Origin: Bugula neritina
Lineage: Eukaryota; Animalia; Bryozoa
Direction of reading: 5' to 3'
Length of the DNA stretch: 64,000 nt
NCBI GenBank assembly: GCA_964035545.1
Contig: OZ037767.1
Span: forward strand, 32,132,628-32,196,627
The stretch's first letter is position 1. The number at the start of each line of letters is the position of its first letter. The notes below the pieces were generated by a model. The model was not told the DNA's origin, did no database searches, and saw only the letters and a program-made list of their open reading frames with translations. Both the position numbers and the translations under genes were made by a program. Below are positions 40,725 to 55,384 of this stretch, piece after piece.

Positions 40725-43683
40725 ATGAATATTTCAGCTTGTTGTATCCTTTGGGTAATCCTGTGTGAGTATAGATATTTGTTTATATATGTGGATATGT
40801 GTGTGTACTTTGAGGGTGCAGTTGATATATATAGAACTATAAACTGATTCTTTATACAATATGGCAGAAATAGAAAAGCAATCTTTGCTAGGTCATGGTG
40901 GAAATAGATGTAGGTCCCTTATTATATTTTAAATATATCTATTTTTTGTCATAGCTCACAAATATTCAAGTTTCTCAACTTCCACTCGAGTCTGTGTTAC
41001 ACTTGTTATTGTCTAGCTAGTAGCTAGGAACACTATTGCAGCGTGACAGCTTTTGTAACTCTTGTAGGGGCAGCCATATTGGAAGCTGTTCCTGTAACAA
41101 TTTCACGTTCACAAAGTTCTGTAGACAAGATTGATGTACTCAAGTTTGGTGAACATACAACCTCCATGATACCAACATTTGACAGCCACAACGAGAACGT
41201 CTTTTACTTAATTCCTGCTGAAGTTCATTATGGTAACTTACGGGCACTAACACGGTGTTTTATTTCACCTGACTACGTATCTTGCATCGAAATCTGCAAG
41301 ATCTGTAAGTAACAACCTTTGTTGATTTATTGGTAGTATGTTTACTGTATAACTATAGATGTTATACATCTCATGTTATATGTAACTCTATGCATGTAGA
41401 AGAATGTAAATTAGCTAATATACATTAGTATAAACTGGTGAATCTCATAGTGTAACAGATATAATAGACTTGAGTTACTTTGTCATAGCTACACAAATGT
41501 ACAACCAGTGGAAGTAACTCCTTTTTATAACAAAATAGTTATTGTACAGCAACGCGTGCTGAGTTTGTGGATATGGTTGTTCTGGACTCTCTGATAGTCA
41601 TCCTGGCCAGCTATGGCGGTATCTTTCTTTATGAGAAACCAATAGGATTGAGAGACTTTTGTACATTTAAACCATCAAGTTTTTCAGTTTATGGAACTGA
41701 AAAAAAGTATATAGAGAATGTAAAGGTAAGGAAGTTATGCAACTGTTTCAGTTCTATTATCTGTATCAGTTCACTAAAATAAGGGAGCACATCTGTTATC
41801 TCAAAGTTGAAAGCATCAGCTTGAGAATAATTATTATGGAGTAACTATCAGCTGTGATATCAGCTACAAGTCAACATCTAAGTGATGCAACCTATACTAA
41901 TAAGAAGAATATTATTGTATGCGTTATAAACCAAACATGTGTACCTAAACTTAATAGAAGTGGCAAAAGTTTTTCATACTACATGAAGCAATAATATATT
42001 CCAGTTCAGTAAATAAACGTAATAGTTACTGAAACTCAACTTAGATGCAGCAGACTACAGTTGCACGAACCTCGTTTCCAGACGAACATACAAGTACCTT
42101 TAGTCTAGTTTGTCATACTTACTGTTTTAGATCTTCCCCTACAGCTCAGTAGAGTTCTTTGCTAGTTGGACAAACACCAAGTATGACAAGGTGGTGGTAG
42201 TAGCTCTGTTGAACGCTGAAACCAGCTCCCACACTTACCTGTTTCCCAGCTACAACCCCAAACCCCTCTCTACTCTAACTCTGTCAAACTGTGACCAGTA
42301 CACTCTGGTTATTACTGAGTACAGTAGCAAAACCAAAGAGATTTGTGTTCAGTTCAGCAAACTCAACGCTAAACATAGCTTTGATGGTGCTAAGAGATTC
42401 TGCTTAGCTCTGATGGAAAGTGGTAAGAAATTCAACTATAATTGTGAGCTGTTCAGTCATATATACCTGTCAGACACCAAGGAAGAGAGGTGATAGTAGC
42501 TAGATATTCTATTCTCCCCCTCCTGCGTTTGTCTAGTGAAAAATGCATTTTTATGACTTTGGAATTCAAAAGAGCTTGTCCAAATCTAAGCTACAAGTTA
42601 AAGTTCAAAGTTAGTCCAATAGCAAATGTACAGATGTGTAAGGGAAATGTAGCTTAACTCAGACTATTAGGCCAGACTCGGACTAAAACTTGCGTCTACT
42701 AGAACTGCTCAGTCTAAAATAGCTTAGGGTTTCATCATATGTATCAATGTTAGAAATAATATTTACTTTGTAAGTTACAGGAGTTATGCTCTCCTGATAC
42801 AACTTATACTTGTTGCAGACGTTGAGGGAATCCTTGACCTGTTTGTGAGCTGTAACAATATACTCTATCTCATTGTGACCCACACAAAGCTAGGCAATGT
42901 CCTCTACAAATGGGACAGGCCATCCATAACAGACCTAACCGAAGAGCTCAAAGTGCAGACCAATGCAAACCCGCCACTGGCAGGAAGTAAGAGTAAACTA
43001 CTTTTCTACAATGACAACAGGAACATCATGTTAGTAGATTTAGGTAAGTTGTTAATTTATTTTCACTCAGTATACATAACTAAATGTGATATAATATAAC
43101 ATCAGTTACATGTACCAATCTTCTCATAGCTCGCAGTTCTTGCTCATAATTAATGTATATTGTCTCCCTTGCAGACAAGAGTTCAAAAGGTCAAGACCTA
43201 GACACCTCTGCTGAAAACAACCAGCAACCTTCACCTCCTGACCATCCTGCTGCTTCCCAGACATTTCCTGGTATAGCAGATACTGCAACCAGTCCGGCAG
43301 CGTATCCTGACAGCTCGGCAGCACCAGAGGCAGCACCAGAGCTGACACAACCAGACACATGCTCTAAAGGTGCTGGAAACTTTCCCACAACAGTAAACCA
43401 AATGCAGATAAAGAGGTATAGATTCAAAATCTCCTCATCCTGTAGACATAAATACTCTCAGTATAGAGAAGCTGCCAGACCTCAGCTGGTTCCAGGAGAA
43501 TCTACCCGTGAATGTGCTGTAGAATGTGCCTTTGCTGACCAACAGACCCAGTGTGTAGGATTTGTCTTCAATTCGGCTGAAGTTAGTTGTAGCTTGCTTA
43601 CATGGGCTGAATCCGCGACTTCCCTTCCATATCATGATTACCGGGATGAGAATTATGTTTGTTATGAGAAGATTGACAACTAA
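40725..43683 (+). CDS. Secreted protein with uncharacterised N-terminal region, Pro/Ala/Ser-rich linker and C-terminal PAN/Apple domain, 6 exons, 492 aa
   Basis: Exons 40725-40764, 41068-41304, 41550-41725, 42131-42422, 42819-43043, 43175-43683 (1479 nt, phase-consistent). Signal peptide MNISACCILWVILWAAILEA. C-terminal ECAVECAFADQQTQCVGFVFNSAEVSCSL...CYEK fits the PAN C-x3-C...C-x-G-F-x-F...C pattern. Confidence 0.75.
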
Positions 43684-46013
43684 AGTTCTGTCTTGGTACT
43701 ATTTCCCAGAAGATGTTTGTATGCATGTGTAGTTGTCATTCCATTTCTGTTGTTGAGTATATAGCGCTTTTTCCATCAAGCATAGGTTGTATCATTTAGT
43801 TGCTTTATTAAAGGAAGTGGTGTGTACAGTTCCATGTTGGATCATATTCTATTTTTTATCTATATTGCTAGATAAAACTCTTTATCTGATACCCCTACGC
43901 ATGTTTGCTGTAGCAGCTATACTTTGTTAAAGCTGTGGCCTTATGTATCATGCATTCAGTAAGACACTTTCCATTTAGTGGGCACCATTAGCTGCATGTT
44001 TCAAGAATTGCATTTTCAAGTCTGTCTGTTTGCTGGGTTTAGAGTTCTCAGGTTGTGGCAGTTATGATGTAGTTGGTTGAGTTTTACAGCACCTGTAGCT
44101 GAGCTTGATATTGTTTCTGTAAGATAGCTTGTACAGCTTGTTGTCATTGGATACTTATTGTTCTAGTATTAATAACATTGCTTTTCAGAGGTACTTCACA
44201 AGATGCTTTACAAGAGCGGTGAGTTATACCATATTATGTTTATTCTTGCTCTTATAGGTTTGAATGTGCTGGTAATATATTTTGGTTTAGGTTTTAGCTT
44301 GTGTGCATATGACTGTAACCTCTTTTGTCAATGACGTTTTGGTGTTCCTGGTGGTTTGTTGGAAGTTGTTTCTAAACCTCTGCCTGATTTTGAGTAGTGA
44401 AAATATTATAATCAGAGTGCAGCATTCTGCCCCATCATTGAAGCTGCCCACGGTGATGTCGGATAGAGAGTTGTCCTCTCTACTCATAGAAAACTACAGG
44501 AAGCTCAGTTTCTGTTAGAGTTGTATATCCTGTAACAAAGGCCTAGTGCAATATTCAGCAAGTCTTCGGTTAAACAGCAATGAATATGCAAGAAATAGTT
44601 AGTGTTGATGCTACCTTGATTGGTGAACTATTAATGGTAGCTGCACATGTATTGGTTGAAATAATTAGAGTTGGTACAATCAAGTTGTTAACTTGGTCTT
44701 TGTATTCAGCTTACATAGACTATTATATCACTATATGAGTATTAATTGTCAGAATATTTCACAGTGACTTGGTGAACAACACTAGAGTGTATCATCATTT
44801 CCACCTTATAGTACGTTGATAGTATTTCAAATATTGTATACATGTGATAGTCTACACTATCACGTGTAACACAAAGTATGAAATGGAGACATATTTACTG
44901 ACTATGTTTTCCAGATATGGGAAATAGACAGTTATGATATGAAATTCATTTAGCATTGCATAATGTATTGATGTATTGATGTTATCATTGCCTATATAAT
45001 GAATACGTAGTGTGGTGAACTTTAACTCCTCTGTTGAGATGCAGATAAACACTCTCTTATGCCGTTTAATCAAGGAAAAGTATTATTTTCTTGTTTATTT
45101 AACCATCGTTAATTAGAAAAACACAAAATTAATTGGCAAAAAAAACTTTAATGAAAATCAGGAAAAATATTAAACAATACAAATGAGTAAGACAGTGCAC
45201 TAATTTGTATGTTCAAGATTGTTGCGATATTTTAATGTATACTATTTATAAAAGTTGTATTATTAAAGCTGCAATTTAAATGAAAATAAGAAAATATAGT
45301 ATAAGTCAGTTACTCAGTGTTTTGATTGGTATCTATTCAAGTTGGAGTTTTATGTTCAACATAGTAAATATAGCTGTTATATTTTGTTATACTACTTAGA
45401 AATACAATTGCCTTGTGTGGAGCCGTCTTTTTATGTGTCAAGTTTTGACTAAGCATTGCATAAAGTGACTTTGCTAACAAATATTATATAACTCATTGTC
45501 TTGCCTTTTTGTAGTGCTGCTGGTTATTTATATTGCAAAATTACTTATTTTTTAATTGTTATATGCGTAAAATCTTGGTTGATATAAAAATGGCACAAGT
45601 CAATGTTGATGATTTCACATTTTGTAACTGGATTTATTTGAAATAGTTCAGCAATAAGACTCAATGGGAAAGTAAAAACAATAGCTCTTTTATTTCTAAA
45701 CTATAAATATAAAATAAATTATATATTATGTAAATATCGGGAGAAAATACAAAATTCAACAAAAAATAATATCATTACAACTAGTTAGATGTAAATATTA
45801 TAAATGTTATTTTGATATGAATTCTTCACTCACAATGGAGGTATAATAACTTCATATAAGAACATCGGATAACCTTGGTGTATGATATTGCTGTCTATTG
45901 CATAATTCGTTGACTTTTATAGATAAGTAGAGACTGATAAGCATATAAAAAGGAAAAACAATATCCTTAAAAATAAACTAAAAAATTTGTGTATATATTA
46001 GAGAATATAAAAC

Positions 46014-49000
46014 CTATAATATGTCTGTAGTGTTTATAAAACAAGGCGGGACTAAAGTGGCGGGATTTGCTAACGCTGCAATGGCTGAGTAAGTGGAGAT
46101 AACTCCCCCTACCAGTCCTATAGTTATCATAAACACAGCAAATATCTTCTCGTGCAGCTCTATCGATCTACAAACAGCGGGCAACTCCATTATCAGATAT
46201 ATATATATAAATATGTGTGTTACTAGAGAGTAGACAACTCTAGGTACGTTACTATAGAGTAGACAACTCTAGGTACGTTACTCACCTGCGCGGCCAGCCT
46301 CGGTTGTCCATAGAACAGAGTTTCCAGTAGAAGGCGCAGGGGAAGACGAAACTGAGTAGAGTTGTGGTGGACCCACCAATCAGAGAGAGAATAGGACCGA
46401 AATGCGGCACTAACTCGCCGACCAATAAGGCGAGAAGTGTGCACGCAGTTCTTGTTACAACCCGTTTCCACGTGAATCCTACAAATAGCATTCAACTGAC
46501 AAATGGCTATGAAGTTACCGTGGCAACCGAGCAAGTATATCCTGTTCAGAATGTATCCATGCTATAGACATGGCTGGTCTATTTAGTGTTTAGTAGAGAG
46601 TCATATTTCAGTGAGACAGTGAAGAGAGTCAACTCACGAGGGGGTACTTTGAACAGCTTCTCCACTCCTTGACACAAGGGGTTGATGACGATGGTGAATG
46701 CTGACAGCAGGTGTAGACAGATGAGAACCTGTACCAAGTAATACATCCAGGTGGGGTGGGCCTTGAGCGTGTCCAGTATGTTGTCACTCAGATTGCTGCC
46801 GAGCAGTGAATAGCCAACAGCAGCAACAGGAAGGTAGAGCACCATGAGGACTAGAAATATGCACAATGATTAGAGTGTGTGATAATGTGACCTTCTTATC
46901 AGCTGATAATGTGACCTTCTTATCAGCTGGTAGAGCAGATGGTAGAGCAGATGGTAGAGCAGATGGTAGAGCAGATGGTAGAGCAGCTGGTAGAGCAGAT
47001 GGTAGAGCAGATGGTAGAGCAGATGGTAGAGCAGATGATAGAGCAGCTGGTAGAGCAGATGGTAGAGCAGATGGTAGAGCAGATGGTAAAGCAGCTGGTA
47101 GAGCAGATGGTAAAGCAGATGGTAGAGCAGATGGTAGAGCAGCTGGTAGAGCAGATGGTAAAGCAGATGGTAGAGCAGATGGTAGAGCAGATGGTAGAGC
47201 AGCTGGTAGAGCAGATGGTAGAGCAGATGGTAGAGCAGATGGTAGAGCAGCTGGTAGAGCAGATGGTAAAGCAGATGGTAGAGCAGATGGTAGAGCAGCT
47301 GGTAGAGCAGATGGTAGAGCAGATGGTAGAGCAGCTGGTAAAGCAGCTGGTAGAGCAGATGGTAGAGCAGATGGTAGAGCAGCTGATAGAGCAGCTGGTA
47401 AAGCAGATGGTAGCACAGCTGATAGAACTGAACATCGTGTGACAAACTCATGTGACAAAACAGTCATATGTGAGTAAAGCAACTAGTTGGCTTTAAGATA
47501 ACAATACATACACAAGTTCAGTCATGTAGTTTAAAGAAAACAACTCCTGGATAAACTGAAGCTCCCAATAAATACCTGCGAAGCCCAAGAACACAGCCCG
47601 AGGGAAGTCTGTGGTGACTCCCATGTCGTGTTGAATTGTAGGGAAGGCGGAGGCGCCCCCGAAAGAGAAGAGTATTGTACCAAAGGCTAGAGCGAAGGAC
47701 TTCACGTCTATAGGCGTGTGAGTGACCTTGGAGGGCAGGTTGGTTGAGGAATATGAGGCTATGGCTGCTATGAGAAACCCGCAAGCTATGGCAGTGGCTA
47801 CTGTGGCTCCAACAGCTATTGGCCTGAAGGGAACACAAGTTGACACACACTGAGATACTACACTCTCACTCTCTGCTTATTGTTACTTGAATTGTTTGTC
47901 ACCGCAGAGGGCTAAGGCACTCTGTGTTGAGCTGATGAGGGGACAACTCCATACAACACCCTAACATATAGGACGAGGGAAAACTCACCAGAAGTCCTTT
48001 GGGGTGCCGAGCCACACGAAGGGGGTGAGGATGGCCACAAGAATGATCATCCAGAAGCAGGGAGAGAAACCAAGAGCCGGAACCTGCTGGAAGACGGCGC
48101 TAAAGTTGGTGGCTGCCAGCAGCATAAAGACCACCGAAACTCCAAAGAGGGTGAGGCTGACACAGACGGTCACTAAAATTCTGTGGAAATAGTGGTTGTG
48201 TATAGTGGTTATGTATAGTGGTTGTGTATAGTGGTTGTGTATAGTGGTTGTGTATAGTGGTTGTGTATAGTGGTTGTGTATAGTGGTTATGTATAGTGGT
48301 TGTGTAGAGTGGTTGTGTATAGTGGTTGTGTATAGTGGTTGTGTATAGTAGTTATGTATAGTGGTATAGTGGTTATGTATAGTGGTATAGTGGTTGTGTA
48401 TAGTGGTTGTGTATAGTGGTTGTGTATAGTGGTTGTGTATAGTGGTTTAGTGGTTACCTTCCAGCCCTACCGAATGCCTCAAAGCCGATGGCGGGGTAGG
48501 GGTCCCGGCACTGCTCCTGGTACTCCGGGAATCTCTCCTCCAGAATCAGCCAGCAACGTCCCAGTAGGATTCCACAACAACCAACCGCCACACAGCAGAA
48601 GGCAAGTATTACGAGTCCGATCCAGCCTATAAAGTATAACACAGCAACTATACAGTATAACAACTATACAGTATAACATACTATACAGTATAACATACTA
48701 TACAGTATAACATACTATACAGTATAACACCTATACAGTATAACGTCTATACAGTATAACATCTATACAGTATAACAACTATACAGTATAACATACTATA
48801 CAGTATAACATACTATACAGTATAACATACTATACAGTATAACACCTATACAGTATAACGTCTATACAGTATAACATCTATACAGTATAACAACTATACA
48901 GTATAACACCTATACAGTATAACACCTATACAGTATAACACCTATACAGTATAACACCTATACAGTATAACATACTATACAGTATAACATCTATACAGTA

Positions 49001-49904
49001 TAACACCTATACAGTATAACATACTATACAGTATAACATCTATACAGTATAACATCTATACAGTATAACAACTATACAGTATAACGTCTATACAGTATAA
49101 CGTCTATACAGTATAACGTCTATACAGTATAACAACTATACAGTATAACATATTACTAAACTGAGAGTAAAAGACTGAGAGTAATAGAAGGGGTACCTGT
49201 GTTCTCCACTGCCTTAGGTAGGGCAAGTACTCCGCTCCCCGCCATTTCTCCCACAATAAACACCATAGCAGTCCCAACAGTAAGTTTGTGAGCTGCATGA
49301 GCAGCATTGCTGCTGGAGCCACCATTCTTATCATTCAATAAAATACAAAGCCAAATTCAAATGTTGCTATGCGGAATCATATATCTGTTTACTATTGTCC
49401 ATTCAAGACGAATATATGAATGTGAAATATAGCTACTTTGTTTCCGTGAATAAATTTGAAAACACTATAGTATTAACATGCGTGTTATTGCAGTAACCTG
49501 CACCACTTGAATTAGGTGACAAAATAAGTAATTTAAGTTTTAACTCATAATTTTAGGCATTAAAATATAATAATTATCAAATTAGAAACAAATAACTCAT
49601 GAATTAAAATATTAAAAGTTAAAAAGCAAGTTATAATCGTAGTGATAGTACAAGTTTTCACTGTAAGTAAAACATTTAAAGTAGCTGTAATTGTAAAAAC
49701 TACACAAGTTAAAGCTCGGTTTTGTAATAGTAAAAGTATTAATATTATTAATTATCATTTTAACATTTCAAGCACCAAATTATTACTCACATCAACTGCT
49801 AAGAGAGCTTCTCTCTCCGACTCTGCCTCTCCCTTTAAAATGCTGGCATGCGGATACTCTCCACTGGGATTCCCTGAATCATCTTTCGACTCTCTAGCAC
49901 CCAT
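46014..49904 (-). CDS. Amino-acid transporter, Aa_trans (AVT1/SLC32-36-38-like) family, paralog B, 470 aa
   Basis: Exons 49904-49791, 49326-49197, 48626-48458, 48180-47989, 47823-47576, 46850-46638, 46478-46286, 46167-46014 (1413 nt). Motifs [47 protein letters not shown]-terminal acidic dileucine EREALL. Confidence 0.9.
46880..47425. repeat. 12-nt minisatellite (gcagatggtaga)
   Basis: About 42 copies in an intron of transporter B. Confidence 0.95.
48190..48455. repeat. 13-nt repeat (gtggttgtgtata)
   Basis: Tandem copies. Confidence 0.95.
48632..49152. repeat. 16-18-nt repeat (tatacagtataacatac)
   Basis: Tandem copies. Confidence 0.95.
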
Positions 49905-51703
49905 TACGATTATAATTGTGATTCAAATGAAATGGCTAATTAACCAATTCTAAAGACACCACAGACTAAGCGTTCTAGTTCTAATTGAATATCGAGTCCT
50001 GAGACTTAGTTACTACTTACTACTTTGTAACTGCAAAGTAGTCTAAACAAAGTAGACTTTCTTTTGTCTTACTTGTACGCTTAGAGTTACACTTACTGTT
50101 AGTTCAATTTTAAATTCAGAGTTATAATTTTATCTATTTTACCTTTACTTTTAAGTTTTACCTTTATCGTTGTTATATTTATCACAGAGATTTGTTTAAA
50201 TAATAATCATAATGTGCTTAAATTTTAGTTATCATCATACTTTCCTCATAAGTTCAGAATGAAAATAAACGTTGACTTATTACTAAAATTAAAGGGAAGT
50301 ATTACGAAGTTGAAACAAGCGTAACAATACTTGCGGCCATGTTTTTATCATGTGATTGAAAAGGGGGCGTGAAAATTGTAACATGCGTTTGTTCGCAATT
50401 CCTGGTTGCTAGGTATTAACTGCTCGTAACTTAAAACAAATAATAAGAACTTAGTCTATAATTGTTTCTCGTTGCCATTTATTTATCAATGTTATTTGTT
50501 AAACGCCCACTTTTGTAATTACGTCATATTATATTGGCTGCATACACAGGTCCTTTTATAATTATTGCTCTTTGTTTCATGAAATCAGGATTTTGGGTTA
50601 TAAAAGAGACATAAATTTATTGACATATTATATTAATGTCACTTAAAAGTTAGAATTTTAGGGTGAGAGCAGGCATGATACAATCATCTAAGCTTAACAA
50701 GTATTTTATTACAGCTTTTGTGAAACTCGGTTGTGAAGTGTTTAATATATTACCATATAGCTGTTATTTCAATGATATTTATTACTCATCCTATATATCC
50801 CTCTTCTATCACATGAATGTACCAGCAAATAAAATATAAATAAATTAACTTTTTAGATAAATATGTACACCTATGTCAATTTACATGCTTTGGTTTCTCA
50901 TTACAAGAGTTGATAGATGACACACTTAGGGTGACAGAGATTGCTAAGCGCTTGCAAGGTGCTTGTTAACAGCTCACTCTAGGCCATTCCCAGTCTTTCA
51001 TAAAGCTTTATCAACATTGCATTAAGGGGGAATATATCATAAATATTTACAATTACTTGATCTGAAGATTTTAGTTGCAAAATAGTATCTATGTTATTAA
51101 ACACAAATCACTCATACTTTTATATAATCTTGACAGTAATAATTTAAACATAATTTTTAAGTACCTTTCACAGACAAAATGTCATAAATTGCAAACAATG
51201 TTTTTAGTGAGTTGATTCTAGCAAAATCATTGAAGCACTTCTTTTTAAATAAAAAATATATATAATTAAATTATATATTTATTATTTAGCACAATTATAC
51301 TAAATAGTTGATAATATTATTACTCTATTTTCTGATATAGTATATATATTTATACTTTATTTTCTGATAGAGCATATATATTATTAGCACATTTCATAAC
51401 TACAGTGAACTATAGATAGATGCAGAGGCTGCTGTGTAACTTGAAGCTATAAGTAAAAGTATGGGTCAATAAGCAGTACAAGATCAGCACTTAAAACTAC
51501 TGAAGATAAATTAATAAACTAATTTTAATATTATTGTTCATAGCATAATTGTTTTGACTAAACATCTGCATGCATAAACTAATTTTGTTGATAATTGAAT
51601 TGTATTGTGGAAATGAGTTGACACAACAGACCCTTTCTGCTATGCAAGCAGTTTAGTTTTGTTCACAGCTAATGAAATGATAACAAAACAGAGATAATTG
51701 TAA

Positions 51704-51774
51704 ATGCAGCAGTCAAACTCTGATCATATTGTAAATGCTAGTGAAGAGTTACCACTCAGTGAATCTACATATAG
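51704..51774 (+). CDS. Candidate alternative first coding exon V1 (MQQSNSDHIVNASEELPLSESTY)
   Basis: ATG directly after an in-frame TAA; 23 codons +2 nt; donor AG|GTAGGG; upstream acceptor ttttgttcacag at 51668. Confidence 0.4.
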
Positions 51775-51899
51775 GTAGGGGATAATTTAACTTTATAATG
51801 TTACTGATTTTCTGAGCTGTTTTCATCTCCCTCAAAACGCTCTATCAAGTTAAATTACAAATGCTATGCTAGGAATATTCTAATTACTATATATCACTG

Positions 51900-52965
51900 T
51901 ATTATTATATTACTACCTTCTTAGATATACATATTACACATACTATATATTATTATATTACTACCTTCTTAGATATACATATTACACATACTATATATTA
52001 TTATATTACTACCTTCTTAGATATACACATTACAAATACTATATATTATTATATTACTACCTTCTTAGATATACATATTACACATACTATATATTATTAT
52101 ATTACTGTCTTCTTAGATATACATATTACACATACTATATATTATTATATTACTACCTTCTTAGATATACATATTACACATACTATATATTATTATATTA
52201 CTGCCTTCTTAGATATACATATTACACATACTATATATTATTATATTACTACCTTCTTAGATATACATATTACACATACTATATATTATTATATTACTAC
52301 CTTCTTAGATATACATATTACACATACTATATATTATTATATTACTACCTTCTTAGATATACATATTACACATACTATATATTATTATATTACTACCTTC
52401 TTAGATATACATATTACACATACTATATATTATTATACTACTATACTACCTTCTTAGATATACATATTACACATACTATATATTATCATATTACTACCTT
52501 CTTAGATATACATATTACACATACTATATATTATTATATTACTACCTTCTTAGATATACATATTACACATACTATATATTATTATATTACTGTCTTCTTA
52601 GATATACATATTACACATACTATATATTATTATATTACTACCTTCTTAGATATACATATTACACATACTATATATTATTATATTACTACCTTCTTAGATA
52701 TACACATTACACATACTATATATTATTATATTACTACCTTCTTAGATATACATATTACACATACTATATATTATTATATTACTACCTTCTTAGATATACA
52801 TATTACACATACTATATATTATTATATTACTACCTTCTTAGATATACACATTACACATACTATATATTATTATATTACTACCTTCTTAGATATACATATT
52901 ACACATACTATATATTATTATATTACTACCTTCTTAGATATACATATTACACATACTATATATTA
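51900..52965. repeat. 48-nt minisatellite, about 22 copies
   Basis: ctaccttcttagatatacatattacacatactatatattattatatta. Confidence 0.95.
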
Positions 52966-52983
52966 TTTCATAGACCAAAATCC

Positions 52984-53078
52984 ATGTCACTTTCATCCTT
53001 CGGGGCCACAAGAACATCTCCCAACTCAAGCAAAGGGAAGAAGATCTCATTCCATGCATTAAGCAGTTTGCTTGTGAA
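52984..53078 (+). CDS. Candidate alternative first coding exon V2 (MSLSSFGATRTSPNSSKGKKISFHALSSLLV)
   Basis: 31 codons +2 nt; donor AA|GTGAGT; acceptor atttcatag at 52973; GC-richer than flanks. Confidence 0.6.
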
Positions 53079-53104
53079 GTGAGTCAAATTTAACTGTTAG
53101 TTAG

Positions 53105-53390
53105 ATACACTGCCCAGTATATAAGTATATATTATAGTGTGTATATACATACATCTACTAGCATATAAGTATATAAGTATATATATTATAGTGTGTATAT
53201 ACATACATATACTAGACACACTGCCCAGTATATAAGTATATATTATAGTGTGTATATACATACATCTACTAGCATATAAGTATATAAGTATATATATTAT
53301 AGTGTGTATATACATACGTATACTAGCATATAAGCATATAAGTATATGAGTATATATTATAGTGTGTATATACACATACATCTACTAGCA
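53105..53390. repeat. Compound AT-rich repeat (about 55-60 nt units)
   Basis: Repeated tatattatagtgtgtatatacatacat...actag. Confidence 0.8.
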
Positions 53391-53810
53391 AAGACCTTGC
53401 GGTGGAATGATTGGGATTAAACTGTTTACAAGATGTAATAGGGTAATGAGCTAACACTTTTCATTATTTGTTTTCACTTCTCAAGACAAGTTTTCACCAC
53501 TTATAGTAAGTCTAAGATACTGGCAGTCAAACTGAGAGAGACTGCTGAGTAGAAATGTACACAAATCAGCAACTTAAGAGATCAGCTCCAACCAACTGGC
53601 AGCTCAGGTTATATTTAATCAGTTTATTTAGCTCCTTAAGTCTAATCTGTGCACATATAAATACATTTAGAGCAGCTGTCATAAATATATTGAAAGTTTT
53701 TATTTCTAAATTAAAACTGCAATAGTTATAAATCTTGGAATACAATTATTATATTCATTGAGCTGAGGGAAGATCTGAAACGATATCTGAGGATTTAACT
53801 TAGCTTTGCT

Positions 53811-54172
53811 ATGAGCTTTCACAACCGACCTCAAATCAAACCTAACAGATTTTGTGCAGCAGCAAAATCAGTTATCAAGTTGAAGAAAGAAAATGGAAAG
53901 ACAACTGGAAGTAAAAAATTGCTTGATTTTGACTCTCGTAAAACAGATTTGACAGGAATCAGCTTTAAAACTGCCTTCAACACCAAAGACTTGACTTTAT
54001 CTGCCAGAAACAACTTGACTCTACCTGCCAGAAACAACTTGACTCTACCTGCCAGAAACAACTTGACTTTACCTGCCAGAAACAACTTGACTTTACCTGA
54101 CAGAAACAACTTGACTCTACCTGCCAGAAACAACTACCGTAGTCCATCTCCAAGTTCTCTAAACCCTTCCAG
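53811..54172 (+). CDS. Candidate alternative first coding exon V3 (MSFHNRPQIKPNRF...; contains NNLTLPAR-type repeats)
   Basis: 120 codons +2 nt; donor CAG|GTGTGT; the ORF continues unspliced to 54284. Confidence 0.5.
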
Positions 54173-55088
54173 GTGTGTTGTAACTCTATCAGAAATAAAT
54201 TCAAAAGTTACCAAAGTTTTGAAACAAAATCTTGCGATTCTTGAGCTTGTCACTGACTGGTATTCAAAGTGCAACGTTGATTAATAATACTCCAATAACT
54301 TGTAGCCTTTTTATGTCATATGTCATTGACTTCTTCCATATCCTCATTGACCTCTTTAATCAGAGCAAATATCTTGTTTTAGTGATTATTCTGAGAGCCC
54401 TTTTAATGAACTGGTTTTAGTTTTAGTTAAAAATTCGTTTTATTTTTCATGCGCATATAACTGTAGTACAAGAGATCAAAGAATTATCCTCTCTTGACAC
54501 AGCTGAAAAATAACATCCATTGTATTTTAAAGTAGTTATATTCCCTATGCTATAATTATACATAAATCATTCTCCTTGAGTTGTATTTTTAAAGTCAAGA
54601 AGTATAGCAACCGACAGAATTAAATGTACCATATCAGTATTCTCTCTTGAAACACATTCTAGTCTTCATTTCCCATTCTTTGCAGCAAATCACTTGTAAG
54701 TCATGAGTATTATGTAGTTGAAGAGTTTAATGGATGGTATTGTGTATTGCTTGATGCCAAGGGTTGCTATGTTAACGCAATTCTGCTCCGACAGTTTTAG
54801 AGAATAAATTACAACATAAACACAGACTCTACAATAGAGTTCAATTATTGCTAAAGTAGGCACTGCCTTTATTCTATTGTGTAGAAAGCAAAATCCACAT
54901 TGTTTTAAGCTTTTAGCTCTACTTTGACTTTACACACTGCATTATCACACAGAATACAGCCACGACACTCTAGGGCAGGTGCTTTATATGCAAGGATAAT
55001 CTAGCTGCCTGTAAAACAGCCTAGCATGGTGAATTTTGCTTGAGTAGATAGCTATACCAATCAAATAGAGTATTAGAGACTTGTTGCT

Positions 55089-55159
55089 ATGACGACGCCA
55101 ACAACTAAGGGCAAGGACAAAGCGAGTAGGCTGTCCAGCGCAAGTCCAGCTGTGAAAGT
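55089..55159 (+). CDS. Candidate alternative first coding exon V4 (MTTPTTKGKDKASRLSSASPAVK)
   Basis: 23 codons +2 nt; donor GT|GTAAGT; in-frame TAG upstream at 55074-55076. Confidence 0.6.
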
Positions 55160-55384
55160 GTAAGTTGTAACATTTACAGACTTGGGATAATTTAAGTCAG
55201 ACTTGAGATACTTGAAATGGTCAGTTGTACTCAACTCTCAACTTGGCTTGCCTTGAGAATATGCTAGGTACAAACAAGTAGATGTGTGTTACTTATTACA
55301 CTCTCATAGGCATACATTGTGATATTACTTTTACATAATCAGCTCAACATCATATACGCTCTAGCAAATAATTCTACTATAACA

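Noticed and set aside
44287-45073. Short ORFs between the PAN gene and transporter B
   Set aside because: No consistent splice structure or recognisable motif; probably UTR or intergenic
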